DNA from: Rotaria socialis
Taxonomy: Eukaryota
DNA: 64,000 nucleotides
Assembly: GCA_905331295.1 (NCBI GenBank)
Contig: CAJNYD010000369.1
Span: 1-64,000 of the forward strand
Reading direction: 5' to 3'
Both the position numbers and the translations under genes were made by a program. Each line of letters starts with the position of its first letter. The stretch's first letter is position 1. Under the pieces are notes generated by a model, which ran no database searches, had not been told where the DNA came from, and worked only from the letters and a program-made list of their open reading frames with translations. Positions 60,539 through 64,000 of the stretch are shown one piece after another.

Positions 60539-62370
60539 TCATAAACCAAGACGTGCAAAAGCCATTTGTTTTCGAAGCTCAATGATTTTGTTATAACGAT
60601 TTCGTGCTGTTAATAATAAATAGCAAAAAAAGAATTAATCAAATGTAATATTATTATTTTTTTTTTTTTGGTTTCTTACTATCACTTTTGACAAGTCCCG
60701 ATTGAACATGACGAATGAAAGTAAAAAAATCACAAACAGAAGCAATCTTTTAATTAAAAACAAAATAATCATGGAAGATATATTAAAGAAAAGAGAAACA
60801 GAAAACAATTATTTACTCGATTTCTTGATAAACGTGATATGGGATACCATTCACCGTTTTCACCTAATCGAACACGATAATTACATTGGCAAAGATCGCC
60901 CATCAATGAGCAAATTCTGCAAGAGAACATAAATTGCACAATGAAAATCTTCATAATTTAATTAATTTTACTTCATATTTTCATCTATTGTTCTCATATG
61001 ACATGTTTCCATAGTTACATCGTTCTGTTCAATGGCTGTAAGAATTCTTGATGAAAGCTATGCAATACAAGAAAAAAAATAAAATGTATGTACTTCGTAA
61101 GATGAAAATTTTACATCAGCATTCGGGAATGTTAAACATGGTAAAATATCTTCACTATAAATTCGATGCATAAATGCAGACGAATCACATCCTATCAAGG
61201 GTTTTTCTTCCCAACGTGCAAATTCTCTTAATAAAACAGTATCAACCTAAACAAACAAAAAACGAACAATGAAAGATTCTTATCATAGAGAGTAAACATA
61301 AAAAATATTCATGCTATAAGAGGTTTTAGTTGGCGCTTAACTAAAGTATTCTTACCATAGGCGAATCATTCTATTGATTGTTATTATGACAAGATAGAGA
61401 TTAGAAACAAAAAAATATATATTGCAAGTCTAGATAAAACTTACAACATTAGTATCCATTTTTGTTGATATATCAATTGATGATAATGATTGTTGTAGAT
61501 CTGATGATGAACGTTTGTGAAGTTTTTCTCGTACTATTCGACGAATACTTGATTCTGGTTGTTGTTCCGTTGATGATAGAACGGATGTTACTGGTGACGA
61601 ACGATTTGGTATTAATGATGAACGACAATTATTTATGATTTCTTTTAGTTCACTAACACTTTTCTTTAGTTGAGTATTTTCAAGAACAAGAGCGTCGACC
61701 TAAAGATATGATTGAAAATTCAAAAATTAACCATGCTGAGATTAAAGTTACTGTTTGATTTGCAGTTTTAAGTTTTTGTTCAGCATTAGCTTGAGCATAT
61801 TTTGCTTGTTCAACCATGGAATGAGCAGACTAATTGAAAATTTATTAATATTAGAAAGATCTATTCTTTTTTTTTGGCGATAATTACTTCAAATAGAGAT
61901 GCCGTAAGATCTTCAATTTCTCGATCTGTATTTTCACGTATTTCATGAGCTCGTTGTATTTCAATATCTTTACTTTTAAGATCTTCCTTAACTCTTTGTA
62001 ATTCATTCAGTAATGTTGCAGATGATGTTGAATGTTCGATGGGCTCCGGTGTTGTAACAACCCCATTTTCAATACTAAACGCTCTATTTAAAAATAAATT
62101 CATAACTTCTACATTCTATTACGTAGAAATCTATAGTACATACGAATCAACACTGTTCGCATCACTAACATCACTACGATGATCGAGAAGAGATTCAATT
62201 GTATTAGCCAATGAGGTTCGTTCCATCGTCATCATCTTTAAAATAAGAAAAAAGAACAAACTACATGTCTCTATATATGTATTTATTTCGTCTGTACGCT
62301 TGATTGAACAGACCAAGTATACGAAAAATAATTATTTATTAATTACCGTGCACGAAGATGCGCGTATCAT
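60539..62370 (-). CDS. RAB3IP: Rab guanine nucleotide exchange factor, Sec2/Rabin8 family, multi-exon
   Basis: Sec2 coiled coil REIEDLTASLFE|SAHSMV..A; C-terminal ICSL..C.YRVRLG..EWYPISRLSRNR|IASVCDFFTFIRHVQSGLVK and LRKQMAFARLG. Start at 62370 or 62235. Confidence 0.88.
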
Positions 62371-64000
62371 TCGAGTATTACAAAAGAAACTTGAAGGAAA
62401 ATGAATAAATTAAAACAGGCACTCGTTTGTGCTAAATTGGTCAGCAGTGATTGCGAGATTATTCAGAGGAATATCTAATAGGTTTCTCCTACGATTGTAC
62501 TTTGATGCGTATTCACTTCCGATTTCAATAATATTTTCAGTCTATAGATACAGTATAATATTCTAATGAGAAACTTGAAAGGAAGCAGGTTCCTATTGGG
62601 ACTGACTTTAAGCTCAGAAGTATTGCGCATAGAAAAATTTTCAATTCGACTAAGATATAAATCTTCTCCCATGGGCAATCTATGCAGCTTGCATCTTTTG
62701 AAAGTTTTATATTTTGAGTAAACTTATCTATTCTGTCTCAATTCTATACGAGTTAAACTTTCAATCAACCGTTAGTCAAATCTCAATAAGAACGGATATT
62801 CTATTAGTTTCAGTTAGAATACAATGCAATATCTATTAGAAAAACACGATTGTTGAAATCGGAAGGAACTATCACAGAGGATTCCGTTCTTAGCCAGTAG
62901 TTTATTATATATCTCTTATTAATAGATATAGAATAATGCAAGAAAAGTCTATCGAAAGCTAATAAACAATGCAAATCAAATATAATGCGCACGTTTTCTA
63001 TTCAATTGTTTTTTTTACAATACTTGAATAAATCTTTATCACTTGTATTTGAGGTGTAAAAAATGATTTTTGTTTGCCTCTTAAGAGGAAATGGTTTATT
63101 TCACCCTAGATTCATCTGCTATAGATCATGTTGTATGCATTATCATAGCGCGGAACTGAGTAATAAATCATGCATAGCTTGGATAAAAAAATTAATCTAC
63201 TCCACTTCGCTAGCTTGAGATTGAATTTCCCTATGGATTCGAACACATATCGATAACAACGGTAAAAAAAAAAGAAACGAAAAGAAATGGGCGCATTCGA
63301 AGCGAAGAAAAAAAATGTAGACTTGATTACATAAACACAATCTTTGTTCAAACAAGAAATCTATGTGGTAACAATAGTCCTTATATATGATTTACTGTAT
63401 CAAAATATATCTTTTATGTAAATGATGATTGAATTAATGCAGAACGTGTATGTTACTTATCCAGTGATAAGAACATTTTATAATATCAATAAACGTACCT
63501 GTAGGATTTAATACGATGAAGAAACAAATGAAAATAACGTACGAGTATTCAACAGGAACAAAACAACGTGAAGAGAAATAGGAAAAAATGGCTAGCAAAC
63601 AAATACGACAACGTCGCTTATTCACCTACGCCTACTCGCAATTTTTACATCGTCTCCGATCTATAGCTCTCTTTTGGAGAAGAAAGAAAGAAAAAAATGA
63701 ATCATAATCATCTATTCACCAACCATATTTATAGAACATAGATGGTAGTAGTTCACTTCATACGCATTATTCATTTGAAATTTATACTTGTATTAGTGGA
63801 TAAAGAAATGAATCGCGTATTTTAATGATAGAAACATGTAAGGTCGACAGCCTCTTATGAAAACAAATATAAATTATTGTTTCAATGTCACATGTAGACC
63901 GTTAAAGGCCATCTTGATAATATCAATATTCGAAAGTCTATGGCGTCTATATGATTTTTGGTCGAGAAGAAAATTTTTTGTTTTGATTAATAATTTGATC

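Noticed and set aside
52285..62370. VPS8 and RAB3IP as a functional trafficking cluster
   Set aside because: Convergent neighbours acting in different pathways; adjacency in a compact genome is expected by chance.
63600..64000. Possible 3' exons of a minus-strand gene running off the window
   Set aside because: Short open stretch and plausible acceptors, but no recognisable domain or consistent splice model.

Overview
AT-rich eukaryotic genomic DNA with very short (about 47-60 nt) GT-AG introns. It is most consistent with a bdelloid rotifer, inferred from intron size, an F-box/LRR-type gene and intronless foreign-looking genes. The window has two compartments. About 1-38 kb is littered with nested, mostly non-autonomous transposons (mariner, Mutator-like, Kolobok-like, piggyBac-like, hAT-like, Ginger2-like, Helitron, Helentron-type, a decayed LINE with a solo LTR). 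Among these sit three intronless, probably horizontally acquired genes: a convergent pair of type II membrane proteins each fusing an alpha/beta-hydrolase-like domain to a plant-like GT47/exostosin glycosyltransferase domain, and a bacterial-type PF10014 2OG-Fe(II) dioxygenase. This part also holds a decayed array of 24-nt micro-exons and a 933-nt assembly gap. About 38-64 kb is gene-dense and intron-rich: a 5'-truncated ABCB paralog, a full ABCB1-like P-glycoprotein, SRSF10, stathmin, VPS8 (with an antisense MGCC/CPYS thioredoxin-domain gene nested in an intron) and RAB3IP/Rabin8. All calls come from reading motifs by eye; no database searches were run.
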